DNA of 39,283 nt from Acutalibacteraceae bacterium. Its GTDB lineage: Bacteria > Bacillota > Clostridia > Oscillospirales > Acutalibacteraceae. This document shows, one piece after another, positions 8,916 to 17,880 of this stretch (its first letter is position 1; every line of letters starts with the position of its first letter). The stretch is taken from the NCBI GenBank assembly GCA_036298405.1, contig JAXJJE010000338.1:1-39283 (forward strand). The letters are read 5' to 3'. A program made the translations under genes and the position numbers. The notes below the pieces were generated by a model. It saw only the letters and a program-made list of their open reading frames with translations, made no database searches and had not been told where the DNA came from.

Positions 8916-11900
8916 TCAGTTTTTTAAATCTGCTCTGCGTTTTTTCCTGTTAACAAGCATTTCTATGCCAAAGAAGGTTGCACCAATTGCAATTATTGAT
9001 AAACCTGTATAAATAAATCCAGCTGTACCAAGACCACTAGCGTGAGGTACAACAAGTGGTGCATTTACAACTCTATATTTAATATTGAAAATTCTTTCGC
9101 CATTCTTTAATACATAGTTATATTTTTTACCATTGATTTCAAAATCCGATTTAACGTCTTTTGTTTCGGTTACCTCTGGTATCATAAAGTAATGCTTAGT
9201 TGAGTTAATTGCATAACCGTTCTTTGACTCTATTTCTACTACACAATACCATTGATAATTGCTTTCAGTATAATTGCCCTTGCTTGCATAAACATCAAGA
9301 TTATCAAATATAGCCAAACCATCAAGAACAGTTTGTGTTGCCACTGGAGTTACGCCAGATATATCATCACCGTCTTTAGCTACCTTATAAAGTGCAAATT
9401 TAACATCATCTTTAATAGGCTGTCCGTTATTGTCAACCTTTGTAATTGTCATTCTGCCCTTGTCGTGATAGTTATGGAATGTAATATCCTTAACCTTACC
9501 TGCAGCAGTACCATTAACTGCGTCTTTAAGTGTTTTGTAATATTCAGTTGTTGCAGTTATTTTTGAACCAGACTGAGATACATCAATAACAGCGTAATAT
9601 TTGTTACTATCATACACAAAGCTATCACCTACGTTTGTATTAACACAAGCATCTGGCACCTCGGCAATTTCAAAATATCTGCTATATGCAAGTGTCTTAG
9701 CCATATTAGATGCTGTACTTGATGTAGTACTAGGTATACCTGGTATCATAGTAGGTTCATTTGACCATGTATTAGACTTATTGTCATAGGTATAACCATA
9801 TTTCACTGAAAGGTCAGCAGTCTGAGGTGATTTATTAGCGTTGAATACTATACCTTCCATACCATCAGGTATAACAGCTTCATAAAGAGTACCACTGACA
9901 CGAGTCATTGGTTCACCTGGCCAACTTGATGAGTTTGGAGCACCTGATTTCCAGTAGTGAATATATACTGTACTCCAACCTGCCTTGTTATCAAAATAAA
10001 TCTTTTTGCTTGCCTTGTCTGGTGGAGTTATTGTACGGGTAACAGTTACATCACCACTGTTGTTAGAGAAATCGAAGTCAGAAACATCAATCTGCAATGT
10101 AACCACTGAATTATCTTCAGGCACATTAAGTGGAATATTATTATTACCATTAAACATACCCTGACAATCCCATGTATGTGTTGTAGTGCCATCAGCACTA
10201 AATGCATATGTATAGTTATCGCCTTTAGCCACATTGTTGAAGGTTATTTCATACACACCTTCAGCAACCTGTTGCATAGCGTTAGCATTTGCTGATGGGT
10301 TATTATTTACACCATTCATCCATTTGCTACCTGTACTGCCGTTACCATACACATACATAGTCTTTGGAACAAAATTAGAGCTTTGCTTTGTAATTTCAAT
10401 AGCGTCAAACTCAATTACATTACCAGCACCAGCTTCTGTTTTATTAACATTATGCTTTGTCTGAGCAGTACCAATCTTATTACCTGCTGCGTCAACCTCT
10501 TGCAATGTAAAGCTAAAGGTCTGCTTAAAGTCTGATTGCTCATCAAGTAGCTTTTTAGCACCTAAAGCTACATATGTTGGCTCTGAGTTAATCAATTTGT
10601 TGGTAAATGTAACCTCGTTATTGCGTGAAGCCTCGTGAATTGTTCCTACATAAGTATTGTTTGTATATTCTGATGTGTAAGCGTCCTCGTTTACTTTCTC
10701 TACGAATTTATAGCTCGCATTTACTGGCAGACCATCAAACACAAGAGTTTGACCTGCCTTTATCGAGAACTTAGCATTTTTGTCTGTAGTATATGTTCCA
10801 GCCTCGCCACTTATACTATACTGTAGCTGATATGGCTTATAGTCATAGGCTGTACCAGCACCATCAAGATCAAGTAATATAGTAAATGGGAAGCTCATCT
10901 GTGTATCAACTGTTTCTCCATTGCTAGCTTTAACTGCCTTTTTAGTCAACGACAATGAGCTTGTTATCGGCTTATTGTAATATGTAACATTGAAGTTCGT
11001 TGTCTGTCTGGCTGTAACAGTGTTCTGGAATTTAAACGCATTGGTTGTCAGTGTGTTTCCTTTATCAACCACACGACCACTATTTGCCACATCGGTTACT
11101 ACATAGCTTGTACTATACTTATATATAGACTCAGGTATACTTTCTGCTACCTTCAGCATACTACCAACCTTAGCTATATTAGTAAACTCAGCTGTTTGTC
11201 CATGCTTGATCTGATAGCTACCGCTACCATTTGTTGTTTTATCTTCACCATCAAGAGTAAAAGCTTTGTTAGCTATAGCTGAATTCTCTGATGTATTAGT
11301 GTTAGTAATAGTAAATGAATCAACCTTAGCTACTTCATCTTTAATACCACTGTTTACATCAGCTGTATCAACAATCTTATTTGTTGTGAACAGATTGTCT
11401 ACAGGACGGAATGTGAAATCCATCTTGAAGTTAGACTCAATAAGACCTCTTTCCATATAGAATACTGACATATGGTAAATTCTATTAGGATTTAAATGAT
11501 TACCACCATTGAATTTAACTGTTTGTGCACCCAAAGAGCCAAAAGTATTCTTATTGAAAACTCTGTCAGCAGTAGCATCCAGTGTTTTAAAGTTTATTCT
11601 ACCAGAAGCCATTTTGTGGTTACCACCAAGGTCTAGTACAAGATTCTCATTACCGTTATCATCAGAGATAAATACCCAGATGTCATCGTCACCAGAGAAG
11701 TTAAACATAATAGGCTGTCCATTTGGGGTGCCATCTAAGGTACCATAAGCCGGAACCTTAAAATCAATGTCGATACGAACACCAAAACCATAGTTTAGAT
11801 TCTCGTTACCATTATTAGCTTTATAGCCCTTATTATTTCCATTTGCGTTGTTAAACGGGAATATACCATACGCTGGAAGCTTTACAGTAGGATCAGCATC

Positions 11901-13085
11901 AAGATCCTTCTGAGACATAAAATACTTCAAGCCATCCTGTACACCATAGCCTGTTCCTGATGCATAGTTTACGGCAGTTGGTGTTGTACCATTCCATGTA
12001 AAATAAACGTTATCATTAGCATTTGTAGAATCAAATGCATATGTTGTACAACCATTATACTGATTTACTCTGAATGGGAAGTAAGACTTATACACCTTAG
12101 CTATTCTATGACCACCTGCATCATAGTATCCGTCATTATTATATGTTTGACGTAAAAAATCTGTGTCAAAGTATGGCATTTTCAGACCGTTTGTAGCCAT
12201 CAGTGAGCCATTGCTCAGCTTATTATTTACTAACCCCTGAACAACTTCGTTTGGTGCAGTAATGCCTCTATCGTAAAGCACACCATTCTCCATATAACCT
12301 CTGTTAGAGTTGTTCACAAAATAAGTAAATCTTGAAACATTATTCCAACTATCAATAGCGTTTAAAAAATCACCACCATGATTGTGACCATCATATGCAC
12401 CTCTAACATTACAGAAGTTACCAAAATACAACGGATATTGCCAGCTACCATTGCTATCAGCTACACGCTTTACAACTCTGTTAAATTTGTAAAAAGGATA
12501 CCAATTGTTTGCAGACAAATTAAACTCTGTACCTGCCTGTATAGGCTGAAGATATCCATTTGACATTTCCTGATCTGATATATAGTCAAAATATGTAGCA
12601 TTTGCAGCAAAAATATTCGGACCAAAATTACAGGTTGTTTCAGCATCGTAGCTATCACTAACCACAATTTCTTCACTTAATAATGTATTTTCGTTAAAAT
12701 TCATTTTCCAAGTGCCATTTTCGTATACAGGATTATTACCAGACGGTAATGCCAAATCTTCGGTTTTATCTGCATTTTTGCCGCCATTAAATATAATCCA
12801 GTTAGCTGCAGAATTTACTTCAATTTTGTAATAATCAGAGTTTCTCACACGTGTCATTTCCCTACCAGGCCACTCATCAAGATGTTTGTAGTTGCCATTG
12901 TTGCTATCCCACGCATAAGCATTAACTGTGGAAAATCCGTTTGTATTTTTGAAATAAACCACTCTGTCTGTAGCAGAAGCTGTTATATTAACTGCCGGAA
13001 AAACAGATATTAACATCAAAAACACTAAAAACACTGACAAAGCTCTTTTCGTTATATCGAACATTTGTTTTTTAGTTTGTTTCAT
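8916..13085 (-). CDS. Pilus tip adhesin with two CBM26-like starch-binding modules, fibro-slime/PA14-like domain and Ig-like stalk domains
   Basis: VYFKNTNGFSTVNAYAW...WPG...IIFN and IYFDNKAGWSTVYIHYW...WPG...IVFN (CBM26-like); FSGDDDIWVFI...LVLDLGGNH...FYMERG (fibro-slime); terminal CnaB with E-box-like YCVVEIESKNGY; VPHASG plus TM plus RKKRR. Confidence 0.8.
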   Translation of the reverse strand: MKQTKKQMFDITKRALSVFLVFLMLISVFPAVNITASATDRVVYFKNTNGFSTVNAYAWDSNNGNYKHLDEWPGREMTRVRNSDYYKIEVNSAANWIIFNGGKNADKTEDLALPSGNNPVYENGTWKMNFNENTLLSEEIVVSDSYDAETTCNFGPNIFAANATYFDYISDQEMSNGYLQPIQAGTEFNLSANNWYPFYKFNRVVKRVADSNGSWQYPLYFGNFCNVRGAYDGHNHGGDFLNAIDSWNNVSRFTYFVNNSNRGYMENGVLYDRGITAPNEVVQGLVNNKLSNGSLMATNGLKMPYFDTDFLRQTYNNDGYYDAGGHRIAKVYKSYFPFRVNQYNGCTTYAFDSTNANDNVYFTWNGTTPTAVNYASGTGYGVQDGLKYFMSQKDLDADPTVKLPAYGIFPFNNANGNNKGYKANNGNENLNYGFGVRIDIDFKVPAYGTLDGTPNGQPIMFNFSGDDDIWVFISDDNGNENLVLDLGGNHKMASGRINFKTLDATADRVFNKNTFGSLGAQTVKFNGGNHLNPNRIYHMSVFYMERGLIESNFKMDFTFRPVDNLFTTNKIVDTADVNSGIKDEVAKVDSFTITNTNTSENSAIANKAFTLDGEDKTTNGSGSYQIKHGQTAEFTNIAKVGSMLKVAESIPESIYKYSTSYVVTDVANSGRVVDKGNTLTTNAFKFQNTVTARQTTNFNVTYYNKPITSSLSLTKKAVKASNGETVDTQMSFPFTILLDLDGAGTAYDYKPYQLQYSISGEAGTYTTDKNAKFSIKAGQTLVFDGLPVNASYKFVEKVNEDAYTSEYTNNTYVGTIHEASRNNEVTFTNKLINSEPTYVALGAKKLLDEQSDFKQTFSFTLQEVDAAGNKIGTAQTKHNVNKTEAGAGNVIEFDAIEITKQSSNFVPKTMYVYGNGSTGSKWMNGVNNNPSANANAMQQVAEGVYEITFNNVAKGDNYTYAFSADGTTTHTWDCQGMFNGNNNIPLNVPEDNSVVTLQIDVSDFDFSNNSGDVTVTRTITPPDKASKKIYFDNKAGWSTVYIHYWKSGAPNSSSWPGEPMTRVSGTLYEAVIPDGMEGIVFNANKSPQTADLSVKYGYTYDNKSNTWSNEPTMIPGIPSTTSSTASNMAKTLAYSRYFEIAEVPDACVNTNVGDSFVYDSNKYYAVIDVSQSGSKITATTEYYKTLKDAVNGTAAGKVKDITFHNYHDKGRMTITKVDNNGQPIKDDVKFALYKVAKDGDDISGVTPVATQTVLDGLAIFDNLDVYASKGNYTESNYQWYCVVEIESKNGYAINSTKHYFMIPEVTETKDVKSDFEINGKKYNYVLKNGERIFNIKYRVVNAPLVVPHASGLGTAGFIYTGLSIIAIGATFFGIEMLVNRKKRRADLKN

Positions 13086-13400
13086 TGTAAATCTCCTTTC
13101 ATAATATTTTATTTTAAATATTCAGCTATAATAGCTAGATATAAAAATAACAAACTAACTGTTAAATTATACTATATTTACCCTTAAAATAAAACAGTTA
13201 TTTTACACAAATCAATATCATAGTGTAAGTATTATATATATAACCCCTCGCGATATACAATATAACCAAGCTGTTTTATTACTCACAATTAAATATTTAT
13301 ATAATTAGCACTTATACTAAACCATAGCTTTTACGACACTTTACAAGATTTAAATTTGTAATATATAACACTATATTTTCTTATTTTATACCACAACATA

Positions 13401-13431
13401 AAAACCTCTACAGCAATTCTGTAGAGGTTTT
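13401..13431 (-). terminator. Intrinsic terminator
   Basis: AAAACCTCTACAG / CTGTAGAGGTTTT inverted repeat just after the stop at 13451. Confidence 0.85.
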
Positions 13432-13450
13432 TAGCTTTTATTTTATTTAA

Positions 13451-15079
13451 TTATTTTTTCTTTTTAAATCTGCTGAAAAATCCACCTTTTTTCTCGGTTG
13501 TTGCTTCTTCGGTCTCAACAGTTTCTACAGACTTAGTCTCTTCCTCTGCTGTTTCTTCGCTGTTATCCTCAACAGCTACATTTTCTTCTTCAACATCAGC
13601 CTCTTGGTTCTGAGCAGACTCATCCTCTGCTTTATCCTCATCAGCTTCATCAGCCTTAGGCATTACAGCCTGCTCCTTCTTAACAGCTTCACTTCTGTTA
13701 ATCTGATTAGCAACCATATGAAGAATATCCTCGGTAGATGCCTGACGTGGCATTGGTGGTATTTCTATATTTGTTGGCTTTTCTTCTTCTGGAGCTTCTT
13801 CCTTTGCCTTAAACATTGTAAGTGGCTTTTCGCTGAATTCTTTCATCTGCTTCATAGCCTCACTTGCAAACAAGAAGCCAAGAGTAGCAGGGTTAAAGAT
13901 TATAACGCTACAAACATCGTTAAGCATAGAGAATGCCTCGTCTAATGTTACAGCTACCGGCACAACCTGACCCTTGAATATCAGGTTAAACTCCTCTAAA
14001 TCTGTAAACAAAGGCAATGCTTTTGTTTTGGTATTAGAGTTTTGTAGTGTTGTTGCAGTAAATCCGTTACCATCTAGTGGCACATAATTGTAATTTTCTG
14101 CTCCGTAAAATTCAAATTTCTTTTCGTTATATAAAATCTCTGCAGCCTTTGAAAGAATAATAGTCTCTGGCTGTTCTTCACTTGCCTTTTGAAGAGGCAA
14201 TAGAAATGTTGTTTTAAAAATAAGGTGACTAAGCTGACTTGTAAGTGTCATCTGTGTTGCCTTTACCTGTGGATTGTCAACACCTGCACATTCAATACAT
14301 CTTATAAACGCATTGTATATAGGTGAGTTGTATACACTCCACTTATCCTCTGTAGGCTGGTCAAGAAGATCATCTCTGTCTAGAATATATGCACTGCCGT
14401 CTGGCTTTACATATACTATTTTAAACACACCATACTTCTTGCAATTTTCTAAAATTTCACGAGTCTGCTGTGAATCAACCTTGTAATACTGATTGTCAAA
14501 AATCTTTGTAGCCTCTATAAGACCCTTTACATTGTCTTCTCCCTCTACAAAGAACATCTTTCCCTCAAAATCAATTGCAGGGAAAATCTTATTCAGGTGG
14601 CCTGAATGAACAAAGTACATATCAAGCTCTTTTTCTCCTGCTAAAAATCTTCTGAAATCCTCAGAATTTTCACGAGCCTTTTCTTTCATCTCGTTTCTCA
14701 ATTCTTCTATAAGATTTATGTCTGTATCCTTTGGCTCACCTGCCTTTGCCTGTAATGTAACTGGCTTAGACTCTGGTGAAGCTTGAGTAAATGCCTTTAA
14801 TGTTCTGTCTATAGGTGCATTAGCACATAATGTGACTAACAAATCTATAAATGTTTTTCTATCTGATTCGTAAAGCTCAAATTCATCCTTTGTAATCAGG
14901 TATTCAAAAGCAGTACAGCTACCTGGTACTATTTCCTCTGTACTCTCTATTGTATCAGCAAATCTTAATCCACCCTCAAAATCTAATACTCTCATAAGAT
15001 AGTACTTTTCAGGATTAGATTTAAACAGCATAAAGCGTTCTGCTTCGTCGTAACACACCTTTTCAAAATCTATTTTCAT
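13451..15079 (-). CDS. Hypothetical cytoplasmic protein with an SseB-like domain and acidic tail
   Basis: FLLP...ALPLFTDLEEF...IIFNP pattern typical of SseB-family N-domains; Glu-rich linker; KKGGFFSRFKKKK C-terminal amphipathic tail. AAGGAGG RBS fits the ATG at 15079. Confidence 0.6.
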   Translation of the reverse strand: MKIDFEKVCYDEAERFMLFKSNPEKYYLMRVLDFEGGLRFADTIESTEEIVPGSCTAFEYLITKDEFELYESDRKTFIDLLVTLCANAPIDRTLKAFTQASPESKPVTLQAKAGEPKDTDINLIEELRNEMKEKARENSEDFRRFLAGEKELDMYFVHSGHLNKIFPAIDFEGKMFFVEGEDNVKGLIEATKIFDNQYYKVDSQQTREILENCKKYGVFKIVYVKPDGSAYILDRDDLLDQPTEDKWSVYNSPIYNAFIRCIECAGVDNPQVKATQMTLTSQLSHLIFKTTFLLPLQKASEEQPETIILSKAAEILYNEKKFEFYGAENYNYVPLDGNGFTATTLQNSNTKTKALPLFTDLEEFNLIFKGQVVPVAVTLDEAFSMLNDVCSVIIFNPATLGFLFASEAMKQMKEFSEKPLTMFKAKEEAPEEEKPTNIEIPPMPRQASTEDILHMVANQINRSEAVKKEQAVMPKADEADEDKAEDESAQNQEADVEEENVAVEDNSEETAEEETKSVETVETEEATTEKKGGFFSRFKKKK

Positions 15080-15117
15080 TTTTAACAACCTCCTTAAAAT
15101 TTATATCTCTTCTTTAC

Positions 15118-15146
15118 ATTATAACAGCATATTAAACAAATAGCAA
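15118..15146 (-). promoter_or_regulatory. Sigma-A-type promoter
   Basis: Minus strand TTGCTA-N17-TATAAT with extended -10 TG. Confidence 0.6.
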
Positions 15147-15176
15147 ATACTTTTAGTAAATTTACATTTCGTTAAG

Positions 15177-15950
15177 CTAACTTTCTGTTGTGCTTTTTAT
15201 TTTTACTTTCTTTTTACCTGCTATATATCCTATAAGCACCAACAGCACTATAGCTACAGCAAAGCTTACACCAGCCATAAATAACCCCAGATCATTTGAT
15301 TTTCTGACTGTAACTACACTTTTCTCTGTATTGGCTACGTCTGTGGCTTCTTCACTTGAAAGCTGTGTAGGTATAGACCTCTCAACAGCAGATTTTACAC
15401 TTTTATCAGCTTTTTCGGGACTATTATTTATATTAATGGTTTTACTTTGTGAGGGCTTGTTATTTGGGGCCTTTTCTATAATTTCTACACTATATAGCTT
15501 ACCCTCACCACACTCTAATGCAAGCTCATCGCTTGAGGCTACATTACTTGTACAAAGCTGTATATCTGTGCTTGTAATGTAATCTTCGGCTTCAAATTTT
15601 ACATCAATTAAGTTTCTTTTTTCTACAACAGATATACCCTTTGTGTTAATATACATTACCGTTAATCTATTATCGTTATATGACTTTTCTATATAACCAT
15701 TACTACCATCGTTTACACTACAGCCTTTATATTTAATACCATCACTATGCACCACGGTAAACATTACCACGCTCACCGAGGTGTTACATTGCACCTGCAA
15801 ATTCACAGTAAAGCCTTTACCCTTTTCTACCATAGACGGTACATTTGCATAGCAATTTAGCACATCATAGCCCATACAAGCTATACTGCTGTTTAAAACA
15901 AGCACAGCTATCATCATAAAAGCTGATAATATTTTTATTAATCGCTTCAT
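15177..15950 (-). CDS. Secreted, C-terminally membrane-anchored protein with a cohesin-like beta-sandwich domain
   Basis: Signal peptide; VEKGKGFTVNLQV...VVMFTVVH...LTVMY...LIDVKFEA strand pattern resembling cohesins; Ser/Thr/Pro linker; TM helix followed by KKKVKIK. Start overlaps the tatD stop (ATGA). Confidence 0.5.
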   Translation of the reverse strand: MKRLIKILSAFMMIAVLVLNSSIACMGYDVLNCYANVPSMVEKGKGFTVNLQVQCNTSVSVVMFTVVHSDGIKYKGCSVNDGSNGYIEKSYNDNRLTVMYINTKGISVVEKRNLIDVKFEAEDYITSTDIQLCTSNVASSDELALECGEGKLYSVEIIEKAPNNKPSQSKTININNSPEKADKSVKSAVERSIPTQLSSEEATDVANTEKSVVTVRKSNDLGLFMAGVSFAVAIVLLVLIGYIAGKKKVKIKSTTES

Positions 15951-16714
15951 AGCTTTATGTTATATAGTCTGCAAGCGTTTTCGGTTGTTGCTTCTAGGAG
16001 CTGTTCCATACTTATACCCTTTATTTCTGCTATTCTCATTGCTGTATATTTTATCATAGAAGAATCACAGCGTTTTCCTCTGAATGGAACAGGCGAAAGA
16101 TAAGGTGCATCTGTTTCTAGCAAAAGTCTGTCAAGTGGTATATACTCTGCAACCTCTACGCTATGTCTTGCATTCTTAAAGGTTACTACACCACCCAAGC
16201 TTATAGACATACCAAGCTTTACAATCTCCTTGCACATCTCTACACTACCAGAAAAGCAGTGTAACAAGCCGTTTGGCTTATAGCTTTTTAATATTTCCAT
16301 AGTATCGCCATGTGCATCTCTGTCGTGGATAACCACAGGCAATTTCATATCTTTGGCAAGCTCCAGCTGTTCTGTAAACACCTTTTTCTGTACATCTCTA
16401 GGCACGCTGTCCCAATAATAATCAAGACCAATTTCACCTATTGCTACAGCCTTTTTATCCTGTGCAAGCTTTCTTAGCGTATCAATATAGTCGCTTGGCA
16501 AATCATTTGCTGACTCTGGGTGAATACCTACTGTAGCATACATAAAATCATACTTTTTAGAATACTCCAATGCCCATTGTGACGTTGCAAGGTCAACAGC
16601 TGCATTAACTATACAGCCTACTCCTTTTTCTGACATCGAGGCTAAAACCTGCTCTCTGTCTTCGTTAAATTTATCATCATCATAATGTGCGTGTGCATCA
16701 AAAATAAACGCCAT
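15947..16714 (-). CDS. tatD: TatD-family metal-dependent DNase
   Basis: DAHAH, GIHP, AIGEIGLDYYW, IHDRDAH, LHCFSGS, LLLETDAPYL; ATG at 16714 with AAGGTGG RBS. Confidence 0.95.
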   Translation of the reverse strand: MAFIFDAHAHYDDDKFNEDREQVLASMSEKGVGCIVNAAVDLATSQWALEYSKKYDFMYATVGIHPESANDLPSDYIDTLRKLAQDKKAVAIGEIGLDYYWDSVPRDVQKKVFTEQLELAKDMKLPVVIHDRDAHGDTMEILKSYKPNGLLHCFSGSVEMCKEIVKLGMSISLGGVVTFKNARHSVEVAEYIPLDRLLLETDAPYLSPVPFRGKRCDSSMIKYTAMRIAEIKGISMEQLLEATTENACRLYNIKL

Positions 16715-16804
16715 ATAAACCACCTTCACAATTTTTATTAATGGTAAAATTATAGCAAATTAAAACCATAGTGTAAAGCTGTGAGCACATACAGATTTTT
16801 TCAG

Positions 16805-16832
16805 TTGACATAAACATCTGCACATATATAAT
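16805..16832 (+). promoter_or_regulatory. Consensus sigma-A promoter of cysK
   Basis: TTGACA-N16-TATAAT. Confidence 0.7.
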
Positions 16833-16871
16833 TAAAATTAAAGAAAAATTTATTGGAGGTTATAGATTGCT

Positions 16872-17798
16872 ATGATATATAAAAGTGCAACAGAATTAAT
16901 AGGCAACACACCACTGCTAGAGGCTGTTAATATAGAAAAATCAGAGACTTTACAAGCAAAGGTGCTATTTAAGCTGGAATATTTAAACCCTGCTGGAAGC
17001 ATTAAGGACAGAGCTGCGAAGGCAATGATAGATGATGCCGAAGCTAAAGGCTTATTAAAAGAAGGCTCTGTTATTATTGAGCCTACGTCAGGAAATACTG
17101 GTATTGGCTTAGCAGCTATTGCTATACCAAAGGGATACCGTGTAATACTTACCATGCCCGAAACTATGAGCATTGAAAGACGAAACATCTTAAAAGCCTA
17201 TGGTGCAGAAATTGTATTGACAGATGGTTCAAAGGGTATGAGTGGTGCAATAGAAAAGGCTGAGGCTTTAGCAAAAGAAATCCCAAACAGCTTTATACCT
17301 GGACAATTTACAAATCCAGCAAACCCAGCTATTCACAAGGCAACCACTGCTGTAGAAATCTGGAACGATACAAACGGCAATATAGATATTTTTGTAGCCG
17401 GTGTAGGTACAGGTGGAACTTTGACTGGTATTGGAGAATATTTAAAAGAACAAAATAAAAATATAGAGGTAGTTGCTGTAGAGCCTTTAACCTCTGCTGT
17501 TCTTTCAACAGGCAAGGCTGGCTCACATAAAATACAGGGCATAGGTGCTGGCTTTATCCCCGAAATTCTTAACACAGATATTTACGACAAGGTTATAACA
17601 ATTAATGACGATGATGCTATAGCCTATGCAAAGCTAATGGCTAAAAAAGAGGGTATACTTGTAGGCATTTCATCTGGTGCAGCAATTTGTGCTGCTATAC
17701 AGCTTGCAAAGCAACCAGCAAACGCTGGCAAAACAATCGTAGCCCTACTACCAGACAGTGGTGACAGATATTATTCAACCCCACTATTCACAGAGTAA
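16872..17798 (+). CDS. cysK: Cysteine synthase A (O-acetylserine sulfhydrylase)
   Basis: KLEYLNPAGSIKDR (PLP Lys), EPTSGNTGIGLA, GVGTGGT, HKIQGIGAGF, PDSGDRYYST. Confidence 0.95.
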   Translation: MIYKSATELIGNTPLLEAVNIEKSETLQAKVLFKLEYLNPAGSIKDRAAKAMIDDAEAKGLLKEGSVIIEPTSGNTGIGLAAIAIPKGYRVILTMPETMSIERRNILKAYGAEIVLTDGSKGMSGAIEKAEALAKEIPNSFIPGQFTNPANPAIHKATTAVEIWNDTNGNIDIFVAGVGTGGTLTGIGEYLKEQNKNIEVVAVEPLTSAVLSTGKAGSHKIQGIGAGFIPEILNTDIYDKVITINDDDAIAYAKLMAKKEGILVGISSGAAICAAIQLAKQPANAGKTIVALLPDSGDRYYSTPLFTE

Positions 17799-17820
17799 TC
17801 ACTCGTGAATATATATCACG

Positions 17821-17849
17821 TTGACTATATGTAGCAAAAATGCTAAAAT
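17821..17849 (+). promoter_or_regulatory. Sigma-A-type promoter of the dockerin protein gene
   Basis: TTGACT-N17-TAAAAT with extended -10 TG. The TTG start in the ORF track at 17821 is this -35 box. Confidence 0.6.
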
Positions 17850-17880
17850 TATATCAAAACAACAAAAAGGTTTTGATAAT

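Noticed and set aside
17804..17820. CGTGA-N7-TCACG palindrome next to a -35 box, Rex/CRP-like
   Set aside because: Spacing fits neither Rex nor CRP consensus and the arms are only 5 bp.
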